This document shows, piece after piece, positions 1 through 8,757 of a stretch of DNA of 23,515 nt; positions within the stretch are counted from its first letter, which is position 1; every line of letters starts with the position of its first letter. Below the pieces are notes generated by a model that saw only the letters and a list, made by a program, of their open reading frames with translations, was not told the DNA's origin and made no database searches. Position numbers and translations under genes: made by a program. This stretch comes from an uncultured archaeon (GTDB lineage Archaea; Asgardarchaeota; Heimdallarchaeia; Heimdallarchaeales; Heimdallarchaeaceae): contig CAZHRF010000016.1 of NCBI GenBank assembly GCA_964534625.1, positions 1 to 23,515 on the forward strand, given 5' to 3'.

Positions 1-268
1 ACCCTGGGACTCATGGGTGGCCCCAATGGAATCTCAAAGTTCCTCGTTTGTCCCTTAGCTCTTGTGAGTGTTACATGATTTACCACCTCCTTTCGTAATA
101 GGTTCTTTAGAGCCTTTTTCCATGTTTTCGTGCAAACTCACAACGATCGGAATCATATTTGTCCATAAAATCCCAAGGGGTCCGATTTGTGGAAAATACA
201 AGTTTTCACAAGTTCATAGGGATGCGGAACATAAAAGCTAATAAATAAAAAAGAGCATTCAAACATAG

Positions 269-1831
269 ATGTCTAGGAAAGAACTAAGAGTAATTCACTT
301 CTCAGATACCCATATTACTCCTCGTCAACAATTTATGCGAGACTCTTTTCATGCAGGGATGAATATTATTAACTCTTTAGAACACGATTTTGCTATTTTT
401 ACTGGAGATTTGACACAAGCTGGTTTAGCTCAAGATTATCAATTGGCAATTGATCTGAAACAAAAATTTAAATCAGATCCAATTTATTGGATTATTGGTA
501 ATCATGATTCAAAAAATGGGGGATTTGAGGTTTGGGAACAATTAGTTGGTCCCAGACAGTTCTATAAATTAACAGATGATTATTTGTTCATTGGTCTAGA
601 TTCTTGCGTTCCTGATAAGGATGAGGGTAGATTTGGGCGAGAGGCGCTTGATTATACCAAAATTTTACTTTCTAAATATGGAGAGGATAGAACAAAAATA
701 GTTAGCTGTCACCATCATCTTCTACCCATTCCAAAAACAGGCCGAGAGAGATCCAATGCAATAGATGCAGGAGATATGTTAGCAGTATTACTTGACTATG
801 GGGTCGACGCATTATTTACGGGACATAAACATCATCCAAACGTGTATAAAGTTGAAGATTTAATTCTTATTTCAGCAGGTACATTATCAAGCTATAAAAC
901 AAGAAGTGGAGGTCCCCGTGTTTTTAACTATGTAAAAATTGTTCCAAATAAAGAAATAAAAGTAAAAACAATTGATGTAGATGGTCATGTTGTACTAAAA
1001 GATGTAAAGGGTATATCAAAACGATTTAGAATGGTCAATGCATCAGGTGGAAAATGGATCCGTATTGTTCAAGTTGCAGGAACAGAATTTGGAACAACTA
1101 AAGGTTTCTTGAAAGAAAAATTTAAGAGAGGAATGACTTTAATAGAACAAACAGAACCTGATCTTTTAATTCATTGTGGCAATTTGACTAAAAATGGCCG
1201 TATATTGGATTATGAGAGAGGTTTAGCAGCTTTATCAAAGTATTCGAACAGCTTTGTTTTTACTCCTGGACCAAGTGATATACAGGGGTATGGAGAGTCA
1301 ATACTAAACCAGTATTTTAATTTTGAGTCACAAATATCTATGGAAAATGTTTGTATATCCGTATTAAACACCTCATCACCGGAAACTGAATTGGGGGTTG
1401 TGGGCAGAACTAGTCGAAATAGATTAATAAGGCACATGTATTCAAATCATTCAAAAAAGAACTTATTTGATATCATATTGATGCATCATCATATTATTCC
1501 TATACCGGGAACAAGAGAAACTTCATCGTTAGAGGATTCAGGTGATGTTCTTAGAATGATAGTTGACTCTGAAGTAAATCTGGTTTTAACAGGACATTTG
1601 GGTAAATCATTTTGTACCCGAGTAGAAAAAACAGTGTTTGCTAATTGCAATAATATGGTGTCAGAAAAGAGAGCTTCAATGGAGAACAGTTTTAATATAA
1701 TAGATATTTCAAAAGAAGGTGCAATTGTAGTCTCGGAAGTTGAAATACCAAGTGCATTTAGAAAAATACTAGGGATTTTTCCGAGTAATAAAAAAATAAA
1801 TCTTCCTCAATTAACTCGCAAAACTATTTAA
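269..1831 (+). CDS. Tandem calcineurin-like metallophosphoesterase (CpdA/Icc-like); intact N-terminal domain, degenerate C-terminal domain
   Basis: Domain 1 has all five metal motifs: SDTH, TGD, GNHD, CHHH, TGHKH. Domain 2 is a clear repeat (HHHLLPIPKTGRE..DAGD vs HHHIIPIPGTRE..DSGD) with AGTE, CGN, GPSD and TGHLG at the motif positions. Confidence 0.88.
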   Translation: MSRKELRVIHFSDTHITPRQQFMRDSFHAGMNIINSLEHDFAIFTGDLTQAGLAQDYQLAIDLKQKFKSDPIYWIIGNHDSKNGGFEVWEQLVGPRQFYKLTDDYLFIGLDSCVPDKDEGRFGREALDYTKILLSKYGEDRTKIVSCHHHLLPIPKTGRERSNAIDAGDMLAVLLDYGVDALFTGHKHHPNVYKVEDLILISAGTLSSYKTRSGGPRVFNYVKIVPNKEIKVKTIDVDGHVVLKDVKGISKRFRMVNASGGKWIRIVQVAGTEFGTTKGFLKEKFKRGMTLIEQTEPDLLIHCGNLTKNGRILDYERGLAALSKYSNSFVFTPGPSDIQGYGESILNQYFNFESQISMENVCISVLNTSSPETELGVVGRTSRNRLIRHMYSNHSKKNLFDIILMHHHIIPIPGTRETSSLEDSGDVLRMIVDSEVNLVLTGHLGKSFCTRVEKTVFANCNNMVSEKRASMENSFNIIDISKEGAIVVSEVEIPSAFRKILGIFPSNKKINLPQLTRKTI

Positions 1832-1930
1832 TGTACAAGTAAGGCGAACCAGTATCCCTTTGGTGATAGAGATAGAAATTATTTAATCATTAGTTTTTTT
1901 TATGTGTAATAGTGAAATAATTAAAAGTCG

Positions 1931-2689
1931 ATGGGAATATATTCATTAGCGATGAATGAAAGAAAAGATTGGAGTAATTACGCTATTCTTAGTGATATGG
2001 ATGGCGTTATTATTAGTCTACAAGCAAGATGGATTGATCCATTTGAACAAGTCATTTCAAGTGTTAAACCCGATTATGATAAGCAAGCAATTATTGATAG
2101 TATATCTAGTTTATTAGTGGGTTATGCAGGAAAGAGTAAATTGATCATGCTTAAGGTTTTATATACTGCTTGTAGAATTGCTGGTTTATCTATCTGGCAA
2201 ACATTTCGTGTAACGGTAAAATTGAGTTTTATGCTTATTACGCGTAAAAAATTCAAAATAGTACCATTAGAGGGAGTCCTAGAAACATTAGACCAATTAA
2301 AGAATATGGGATTCAAGCTTGCATTAGTAACCACCGCATCGAGTTTTACAGTTAGAAGATTAAAACGTAAACACCCTGAAATATACTATTCATTCGATGC
2401 TGTTTTTAGTAGAAATGATGTAAAGTTGACCAAACCCTTTCCTGATCAACTATTACTGGCCTTAGACAAGTTAAATGTTCCTCCTAAAAATGCTGTAATG
2501 TGTGGTGATTTATTGACAGATATTCAAGCTGGAAAAAGTGCTGGGGTAAAGACAATAGCTGTATTAACAGAATTTCCAGAAATAGGTAAAATGTTACTTG
2601 AAGGCATTGAACCCGATTTTATAGTAGATAATTTTTCGGAGGTTCCTAAGCTTATTCCTGCTATTTTTACACATGAAGATATGTACTGA
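1931..2689 (+). CDS. HAD-superfamily hydrolase (phosphoglycolate phosphatase-like)
   Basis: Motif I SDMDGV, motif II LVTT, motif III KPFPD, motif IV CGDLLTDIQAG. The start could be the second Met at 1952. Confidence 0.88.
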   Translation: MGIYSLAMNERKDWSNYAILSDMDGVIISLQARWIDPFEQVISSVKPDYDKQAIIDSISSLLVGYAGKSKLIMLKVLYTACRIAGLSIWQTFRVTVKLSFMLITRKKFKIVPLEGVLETLDQLKNMGFKLALVTTASSFTVRRLKRKHPEIYYSFDAVFSRNDVKLTKPFPDQLLLALDKLNVPPKNAVMCGDLLTDIQAGKSAGVKTIAVLTEFPEIGKMLLEGIEPDFIVDNFSEVPKLIPAIFTHEDMY

Positions 2690-2763
2690 TAAATGTAATT
2701 GAATTAAATAAACAAAGTTCAAAAACTTCAAAAAGGTACAGTTAGGAACAGACAAGAAGAGTA

Positions 2764-3291
2764 ATGAGTGAGGATTTTAAGTTTCCAGAAGATTTATTGT
2801 ATCAGTCACCCGATGTTTGGGTTAAAAATCTAGGAAGGGGACAATATAAAATAGGCATAACTGACTATTGTCAATTTAAGATGGATGATATTGTTTCTAT
2901 AATATTACCAGAAGAAAATAAACCGGTTAAAAAGGGAGAGACAGTTATTGCAATAGATTCAATTGATACAAATTTTTCCTTTCCAATGCCAATAGGCGGG
3001 ATAGTCGTAGAAAGTAATCACCAGTTAAATCAAGATCCAGAATTATTAAATGAATCCCCTTATGTAGATGGGTGGATTTGCATAATCGAACTTGAAAAAA
3101 CCGATGAACTTGATGACTTATTGGATGTTAATGAGGTATATGATGAGTATCAAAAAGAAATGGTTGATGAAATAGAAGATGATGGTTTTGATAGTGATTA
3201 TGATGATTTAGAACCAAGTCTAGATGAACTAGACGCATTTTCAAACATAGAAATGGATGAAAATGAAGATGATGATTTTATCTCGTGGTAA
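2764..3291 (+). CDS. Glycine cleavage H protein-like (GcvH fold) lacking the lipoyl lysine, with acidic C-terminal tail
   Basis: GITDYCQ, VKKGE, P.GG.V.E.N..L...PELLN.SPY..GW match GcvH. The ESxK lipoylation site reads DSID (D68). The last ~60 residues are D/E-rich. Confidence 0.85.
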   Translation: MSEDFKFPEDLLYQSPDVWVKNLGRGQYKIGITDYCQFKMDDIVSIILPEENKPVKKGETVIAIDSIDTNFSFPMPIGGIVVESNHQLNQDPELLNESPYVDGWICIIELEKTDELDDLLDVNEVYDEYQKEMVDEIEDDGFDSDYDDLEPSLDELDAFSNIEMDENEDDDFISW

Positions 3292-3382
3292 GATCAGATT
3301 AGTACTGATACCCTCCTTCTTTATTTATTCATTTGAATTATCGATTCTAGAAATCCTTATATATAAATCTAAAAAAATCAAT

Positions 3383-3466
3383 ATGACTAATAGCTGAAGG
3401 TAGATTACTTGGAATTTCGTTGACTTTTAATTCAAATTTTGTTTTGCCTTTGTTGTTACTAGTCAT
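3383..3466 (+). promoter_or_regulatory. Long imperfect RNA hairpin in the pheST leader (cis-regulatory leader or small RNA)
   Basis: 3383-3394 pairs with 3455-3466, 3396-3404 with 3443-3451, and 3412-3416 with 3429-3433. Four G-U pairs work only on the + strand. TATA-like TTATATATAAA at 3357-3367 lies just upstream. Confidence 0.45.
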
Positions 3467-3498
3467 TAAATTTTTAACTAAAGTTGTAGGAGAATGCT

Positions 3499-4989
3499 AT
3501 GATGAATAGTGGACAGAAGATATACTTACCTCCAGAAGCTATCGAATTATTGTTATTAATTGAAGAAAATGAAGAACTTACTATTAAACAATTAGAAGAC
3601 AAAAGTGGTAAGAGTAGAGGAAAATTAGAGTATTATTTGCCTTTATTGATAGAAAATGAACTCATTGAAAGAATAGAACTGGAAGAGCAATATCCAATTC
3701 TAACTGAAGAAGGTAAAAAAGCTACAGAGAATGAGTTAGTTGAGAGGCGAATAATCAGTATATTAGAACAAAAGAAAAAACTAAGTTTTCAAGAATTGGC
3801 ATCATATTTTGAGAAAGAAAAAAAATCAATGAATGCTGGAATAGGTTTGTTGAAAAAACAAGGTATTATAAGTATTAAACAGGGAAAAATTTGTTTGGAC
3901 AAGGTAAATACTAACTTTAATATGGATTTACAGAACACATTACGTGCATTATCTGAAGGTATTAATATTGAAGAAACGATAACAATTCAAGAGTTAGAAA
4001 AGAGAAATCTCGTTGATATTAGAGTAGAAAAAGTATCACGTCTTAAACTCTCATCTAAGTATAGAACATTAAAAAATCGAATAATAGAAAAAAAAGAAGT
4101 GAGTAGATTAACCCCCGAGATGATACGTGATAGTTCTTGGAAAAGGCTTAATTTTAAATCATATAATTTGAATGTAAATCCTCCTTCCATTTCAATAGGA
4201 AGAAAACAACCCTATGCGCGTTTTATTGATGAAGTAAAACAAAAGCTAATCGGATTGGGTTTCCAAGAAATGCGTGGAAGCGTTGTTGAGCTTGAATTTT
4301 GGAATTTTGATACATTGTTTCAAGCGCAAGATCATCCCGCTCGGGAATGGAGCGATGTTTACAGGGTAAGTAAACCTAAACATGGTGAATTACCAAAAGA
4401 GAAATACATTAATATTGTTAAACAAGTTCATCAAGATGGTTATGATACTGGTAGCAAAGGATGGAGATATACATGGGATCCTAAAAAAGCTGCAAGGCTT
4501 GTGCTTAGAGCTCAAGGAACTTCAGTAAGTGCGCGAACGCTTGTAAATCCGCCAATTCCATCCAGATATTTTAGTATTTCTCGGTGCTTTAGACCAGATC
4601 CTGTCGATGCTACCCATTTATCTGAGTTTAATCAAGTTGAAGGGATAATTGTCGCACCTAAAATAACCTTTAGGGATTTATTGGGTGTTCTAGAAACATT
4701 TGCTCTTGATGTGGCTGGATCTGATCATTGTATCTTTAAACCTGATTATTACCCTTTTACAGAACCATCGATTGAATTAAGTGTTAAAGACCCAAATCTC
4801 GGTTCAGTAGAATTTGGTGGCGCTGGATTATTTAGACCAGAAGTACTTAGACCTTTTGGAATAAATGTACCCGTAGTTGCATGGGGACTTGGAATAGATC
4901 GGTTGTTTATGGTAAAACATGGAATAACAGATATAAGAGAGCTATTTAGTCATAAATTATCATGGCTTAGAAATACTAAAATGACATAG
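3499..4989 (+). CDS. pheS: Phenylalanine--tRNA ligase alpha subunit (archaeal/eukaryotic type with N-terminal winged-helix extension)
   Basis: FWNFDTLFQAQDHPARE, motif 2 FRPDPVDATHLSEFNQ, YYPFTEPS, motif 3 WGLGIDRL; GGAG SD upstream. Confidence 0.97.
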   Translation: MMNSGQKIYLPPEAIELLLLIEENEELTIKQLEDKSGKSRGKLEYYLPLLIENELIERIELEEQYPILTEEGKKATENELVERRIISILEQKKKLSFQELASYFEKEKKSMNAGIGLLKKQGIISIKQGKICLDKVNTNFNMDLQNTLRALSEGINIEETITIQELEKRNLVDIRVEKVSRLKLSSKYRTLKNRIIEKKEVSRLTPEMIRDSSWKRLNFKSYNLNVNPPSISIGRKQPYARFIDEVKQKLIGLGFQEMRGSVVELEFWNFDTLFQAQDHPAREWSDVYRVSKPKHGELPKEKYINIVKQVHQDGYDTGSKGWRYTWDPKKAARLVLRAQGTSVSARTLVNPPIPSRYFSISRCFRPDPVDATHLSEFNQVEGIIVAPKITFRDLLGVLETFALDVAGSDHCIFKPDYYPFTEPSIELSVKDPNLGSVEFGGAGLFRPEVLRPFGINVPVVAWGLGIDRLFMVKHGITDIRELFSHKLSWLRNTKMT

Positions 4990-4998
4990 GTGGTAATA

Positions 4999-6693
4999 AT
5001 GGTTACAATTAGAACTAGTTATGAAGATTTCAAACAATTGCTTGGTAAAGATGTTTCTGTTGAAGAGATTGATGATTTAATAGCCTTTGCTAAGTCAGAA
5101 GTTGATGCATATAATGAGTATGAAGACGAATTAGAGATAGACTGTAAGACTTCAAATAGACCAGACCTGTGGTGTGCAGAAGGGTTAATACGTGAAGTAA
5201 ATGGTATTTTAGAAAAACAAAAAGGGATCCCTAAAATAGAATTGAAACCAAGCGGAATTGAAGTTCAAGTAGATCAGAAGTTAAAGAAAAGCAGACCATA
5301 CATTTCTTGTGCAGTAATAAAGGATCTTGAACTTTCTGATCATATCATAAAACAACTTATGCAACTATCGGAAAAAATAGACCTTTCCTATGGAAGAAGA
5401 AGAAAACGAACATCAATAGGTATGTATAATCTATCAATGATACAATCACCTGTTCATTATTCCATTGTAAATAAAGACTATAAATTTGTACCTTTAGGTT
5501 TTACTGAAGCCTTAACTGTAGAAAAGATTATGGATGCACATCCAAAGGGTCAAGAATATGGAACTATCATAAAGGAATATGCTCATTATCCAATCTTAAA
5601 GTCTGATGATGGAGTAACACTATCGATGCCACCCATTATTAATAGCAATGATGTGGGAAGAGTTACTGAAAGTACTAGAGACTGTTTACTCGAAGTAACA
5701 GGTACAAATTATGACTCAGTCAATGTAGTGTTAAATGTGTTATGTCAAACATTAGCTGATCGAGGAGCAAAAATATACAGTGTAGAAATTAAGTATCCAA
5801 AAGAGATTAGAGAAGAAATTGATATAACTCCAAATTTGAAAGCAGAAGAGATTACGGTAAAATTAGATGATATTAACTCATATCTTGGTTTAAATTTGAA
5901 TACAAAAAAACTGGTAGATCTAATGGAAAAAAGAAGATTTAATGCAAAAGGGATAAATCAATCTGCTGCACTTATTTTTATTCCTCCATATAGAGATGAT
6001 ATATTACACTGGGTTGACATTTCAGAAGAGATAGCCATTGCTCTTGATTATAATAAAATAGGGACAACAAAATGGGGTGGTTCAACAATAGGCGGGTTGA
6101 TGACAGTTACAGAGGCGGAAGATGTTGTAAGAGAGATAATGGTCGGTGCTGGTGCTACAGAAGTATTAACAAACATACTGACTGATCCAGATATCCTGAC
6201 TGAAAATGTAAATATTGATGTCAATGACTTTGTTGAAATTGAAAATCCCGTTGTGACCACTTATAGTGTTATTAGAGACAAAATTTTCCCATCACTCATT
6301 AATCTATTATCGAAAAATACTCATGAAGAGTATCCTCAATCAATATTTGAAGTTGGAGAAGTAGTAAAAATGATTGATGAAAGATTGGCAACTCAAACTA
6401 ATGTTGCATATTTGTATGCGGATGCAGAAGCAAGTTTTGAAAGTGCTCACAAGCTTATTCATCATTTGTTTAAATTATTAAATGTAGATTATCAATTAGA
6501 AACTTCAACTCATCCATCATTTATTGAAGGACGATGTGGAAGAATACTAGTGAATGGAAAAGAATGTGGAATAATAGGTGAGATACATCCCATAGTTCTA
6601 GAAAAAAATGCAATATGGGTACCTATTGCAGGATTTGAAATTGATCTCTCAGAAATCCCAAAACTGGATTGTAGAAGAAGATTTACTTATTAA
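4999..6693 (+). CDS. pheT: Phenylalanine--tRNA ligase beta subunit (archaeal type)
   Basis: NRPDLWCAEG, GRRRKRTSIG, SMPPIINS, PPYRDDILHWVDISEEIAIA, IFEVGEV, GEIHP. ATG at 4999 follows an AGGTGG SD overlapping the pheS stop; the ORF track starts at GTG 4990. Confidence 0.96.
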   Translation: MVTIRTSYEDFKQLLGKDVSVEEIDDLIAFAKSEVDAYNEYEDELEIDCKTSNRPDLWCAEGLIREVNGILEKQKGIPKIELKPSGIEVQVDQKLKKSRPYISCAVIKDLELSDHIIKQLMQLSEKIDLSYGRRRKRTSIGMYNLSMIQSPVHYSIVNKDYKFVPLGFTEALTVEKIMDAHPKGQEYGTIIKEYAHYPILKSDDGVTLSMPPIINSNDVGRVTESTRDCLLEVTGTNYDSVNVVLNVLCQTLADRGAKIYSVEIKYPKEIREEIDITPNLKAEEITVKLDDINSYLGLNLNTKKLVDLMEKRRFNAKGINQSAALIFIPPYRDDILHWVDISEEIAIALDYNKIGTTKWGGSTIGGLMTVTEAEDVVREIMVGAGATEVLTNILTDPDILTENVNIDVNDFVEIENPVVTTYSVIRDKIFPSLINLLSKNTHEEYPQSIFEVGEVVKMIDERLATQTNVAYLYADAEASFESAHKLIHHLFKLLNVDYQLETSTHPSFIEGRCGRILVNGKECGIIGEIHPIVLEKNAIWVPIAGFEIDLSEIPKLDCRRRFTY

Positions 6694-6705
6694 TTTCTTC
6701 TATTC

Positions 6706-7656
6706 TCATTTTTTGTCTTTTACAAGAGAAAAAATACGATCCCAAACTAATTCTGTAGTTTTATCGATTGTTTGCCTAAAGTTATTTGTTTCAATAGTGG
6801 GAATATCATACTTGACAGCCTCTTCTAATAGAAAAGATTGAATAGTACGAATATCTTCAAAAGATTCAGTATATCTTTCAGCTTGTCTATTTTTTACTGA
6901 CGCACCGCGTTTATGAAACCTTTTCATGTGTTCATCTTTATCTTCCAAATATAAGAATATCATTAATACGTGAGGATTAGAAATAATGGAAGGGTCAAGT
7001 ATGTTTGGCGATAAGTGCACTCCTTCAATTATGGAATTATCTCTGGAATTTAACGCTACTTGAATGACAGCTTCTACTCCAACAGTAATGTGCCTACTCT
7101 GTTCTTCATAGCCAACAATAGATTTGCGTAAAATAGGTGAGATTTGTGGCTTAAGATACTTATAAGCTTCATAACTGGAACAATGAAGTTCAGGTACGAG
7201 CTTGAAAGATATAGTTTGACGTAATATCTCTCTAATCATGTCAGTACCTATGATGTTTGATATTTCCAGTTTTACACAAAGATCTGTTGCAATTGTACTT
7301 TTACCTATACCAGGAACACCAGCTAGAAGAATTATTATTGGTTTATACACTTCTTCTCGAATGGAAATGCGATATCTTTCAGCAATTTTGCTATCAACTT
7401 TAGATACCTTATTGAGAGTAAGTTGAACAAGATCATTTTTGGAAATAGATTGATTTAACTCGAATATTTCATCCTCAATCTCTTTTGCTATATCATAAGC
7501 TTTTTTGTCGTCTAATCCAAGTGCATATAGAGAAGTAGCCAATATTCCCCGGGAAAAATACTTTGTACGTCCTAGGTTATCTTTGATTTTGGTAAGTTTA
7601 TCGATTATTTCAAGCTCTCTATCGCTATCCATAAGTGTAAATGATTCAATAGCCAT
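6706..7656 (-). CDS. pgk2: 2-phosphoglycerate kinase family protein (ATP-cone plus P-loop kinase)
   Basis: FSRGILATSL ATP-cone, Walker A GVPGIGKST, IGTDMIREILR, PELHCSSYEA, IIEGVHL, EHMKRFHKR. Confidence 0.8.
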   Translation of the reverse strand: MAIESFTLMDSDRELEIIDKLTKIKDNLGRTKYFSRGILATSLYALGLDDKKAYDIAKEIEDEIFELNQSISKNDLVQLTLNKVSKVDSKIAERYRISIREEVYKPIIILLAGVPGIGKSTIATDLCVKLEISNIIGTDMIREILRQTISFKLVPELHCSSYEAYKYLKPQISPILRKSIVGYEEQSRHITVGVEAVIQVALNSRDNSIIEGVHLSPNILDPSIISNPHVLMIFLYLEDKDEHMKRFHKRGASVKNRQAERYTESFEDIRTIQSFLLEEAVKYDIPTIETNNFRQTIDKTTELVWDRIFSLVKDKK

Positions 7657-7715
7657 AAAAAGATTTACGTAACTTTTATGAACAATAAAATGTAAGATAA
7701 ATTTACTGAAAAAAG

Positions 7716-8600
7716 ATGGAAGTCGAAAAAAAAATTATTATAGAAGGAAAAACTGATCGTTTATTCTCAAGGGGAATATTGGCCACAAAGTTAGAGTTCA
7801 TTGGATTTTCTTTCACTAATGCATACGAATTTTCAATAAGAGTAAGAAATGAACTACTTAAACTAGATACTTCCATCATAAAAAAGGAACAACTAGATTC
7901 TATAGTACATAGATTGTTATTGGATGAATATTCAAAGGAACTTGCAGAAACATATATTCTAATGGAAAGGTGGAGAAAAAAGCGTACTCCTATACATATA
8001 TTAATAGCTGGAGCCATAGGTGTGGGAAAAAGTACTCTGGCAAGAAAAGTGGCAGGAGAGTTGGGAATACAACATATAATTGGAACCGATATAATTAGAG
8101 GAGTGTTGAAACAGACTCTATCCCCTGAAATAAGACCAGAATTGCATTCAAAGTCATATTTTGCGTATAAATATTTAAGAGAAATTTATAGCACTAGGTA
8201 TGATGATACAATAATCGGATTTGAAAATCATGCAAAATATGTCAATGTTGGAGTAGATGCAGTTTTATCTAGATCTGAAACAGAATCTATATCAATTGTG
8301 ATATTTGGAGAACATTTGTTACCTTCCTTCTTTGATAGTAGGGCGGGTCAAAAGGGCACTCTTGTTTATGTCACACTAAAACTAGCTAACGAAGAAATAC
8401 ACAAGGAAAATCTTTATTCTCAATACTCAAGAGATCGAGCTATTCTTATGAAAAATTTTGCTAGAATAAGAACAATTCATGATTATTTAATGAATGAAAC
8501 CGCCAAAAGAAGAATGAATATCATAGAAGCTGATCCCCAAGAAAAACCAATTAAAAGGTTACGGGAAATCATTGTAAAACATATTAAAACCAATTACTGA
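7716..8600 (+). CDS. Second, divergent 2-phosphoglycerate kinase-like paralogue
   Basis: FSRGILATKL, Walker A GAIGVGKST, IGTDIIRGVL, PELHSKSYFAY. IEGVH is replaced by IFGEH, and the H..RF..R segment by IHKENLYSQ. Confidence 0.8.
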   Translation: MEVEKKIIIEGKTDRLFSRGILATKLEFIGFSFTNAYEFSIRVRNELLKLDTSIIKKEQLDSIVHRLLLDEYSKELAETYILMERWRKKRTPIHILIAGAIGVGKSTLARKVAGELGIQHIIGTDIIRGVLKQTLSPEIRPELHSKSYFAYKYLREIYSTRYDDTIIGFENHAKYVNVGVDAVLSRSETESISIVIFGEHLLPSFFDSRAGQKGTLVYVTLKLANEEIHKENLYSQYSRDRAILMKNFARIRTIHDYLMNETAKRRMNIIEADPQEKPIKRLREIIVKHIKTNY

Positions 8601-8689
8601 ACTAGCAAAGATTGATGATATTGAATAATTTGGTATCTCATTTTGCTGTTAAAACATAATTCTTTAAAAGATATGGAGGAAAATAAATA

Positions 8690-8756
8690 TGGCTAGGATG
8701 ATGTTGCAACGAGCTGATTTTGGTTCAACAATGATGACAGCGACTTATCTGAGCCA
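8690..8756 (+). ncRNA. Box C/D 2'-O-methylation guide sRNA
   Basis: Terminal stem TGGC 8690-8693 / GCCA 8753-8756; box C ATGATGT 8698-8704; D' CTGA 8714-8717; C' ATGATGA 8731-8737; D CTGA 8749-8752; guides of ~9-11 nt; TATA-like CTTTAAAA 8662-8669; T7 run 8758-8764; intergenic position. Confidence 0.8.
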
Positions 8757-8757
8757 C

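Noticed and set aside
30-50. Minus-strand GAGGAAC as the start of RNase P RNA
   Set aside because: It does not continue as the GAGGAAAGUCC-type consensus, and the rest would lie outside the window.
78-95. ACCACCTCCTTT as the 3' end of a 16S rRNA gene
   Set aside because: The upstream sequence lacks the conserved AAGTCGTAACAAGG and helix 45.
3383-3466. Hairpin as a SECIS element or H/ACA guide RNA
   Set aside because: The AUGA is fully Watson-Crick paired with no GA/GA quartet, neighbouring genes have no in-frame UGA, and there is no ACA tail or clear K-turn.
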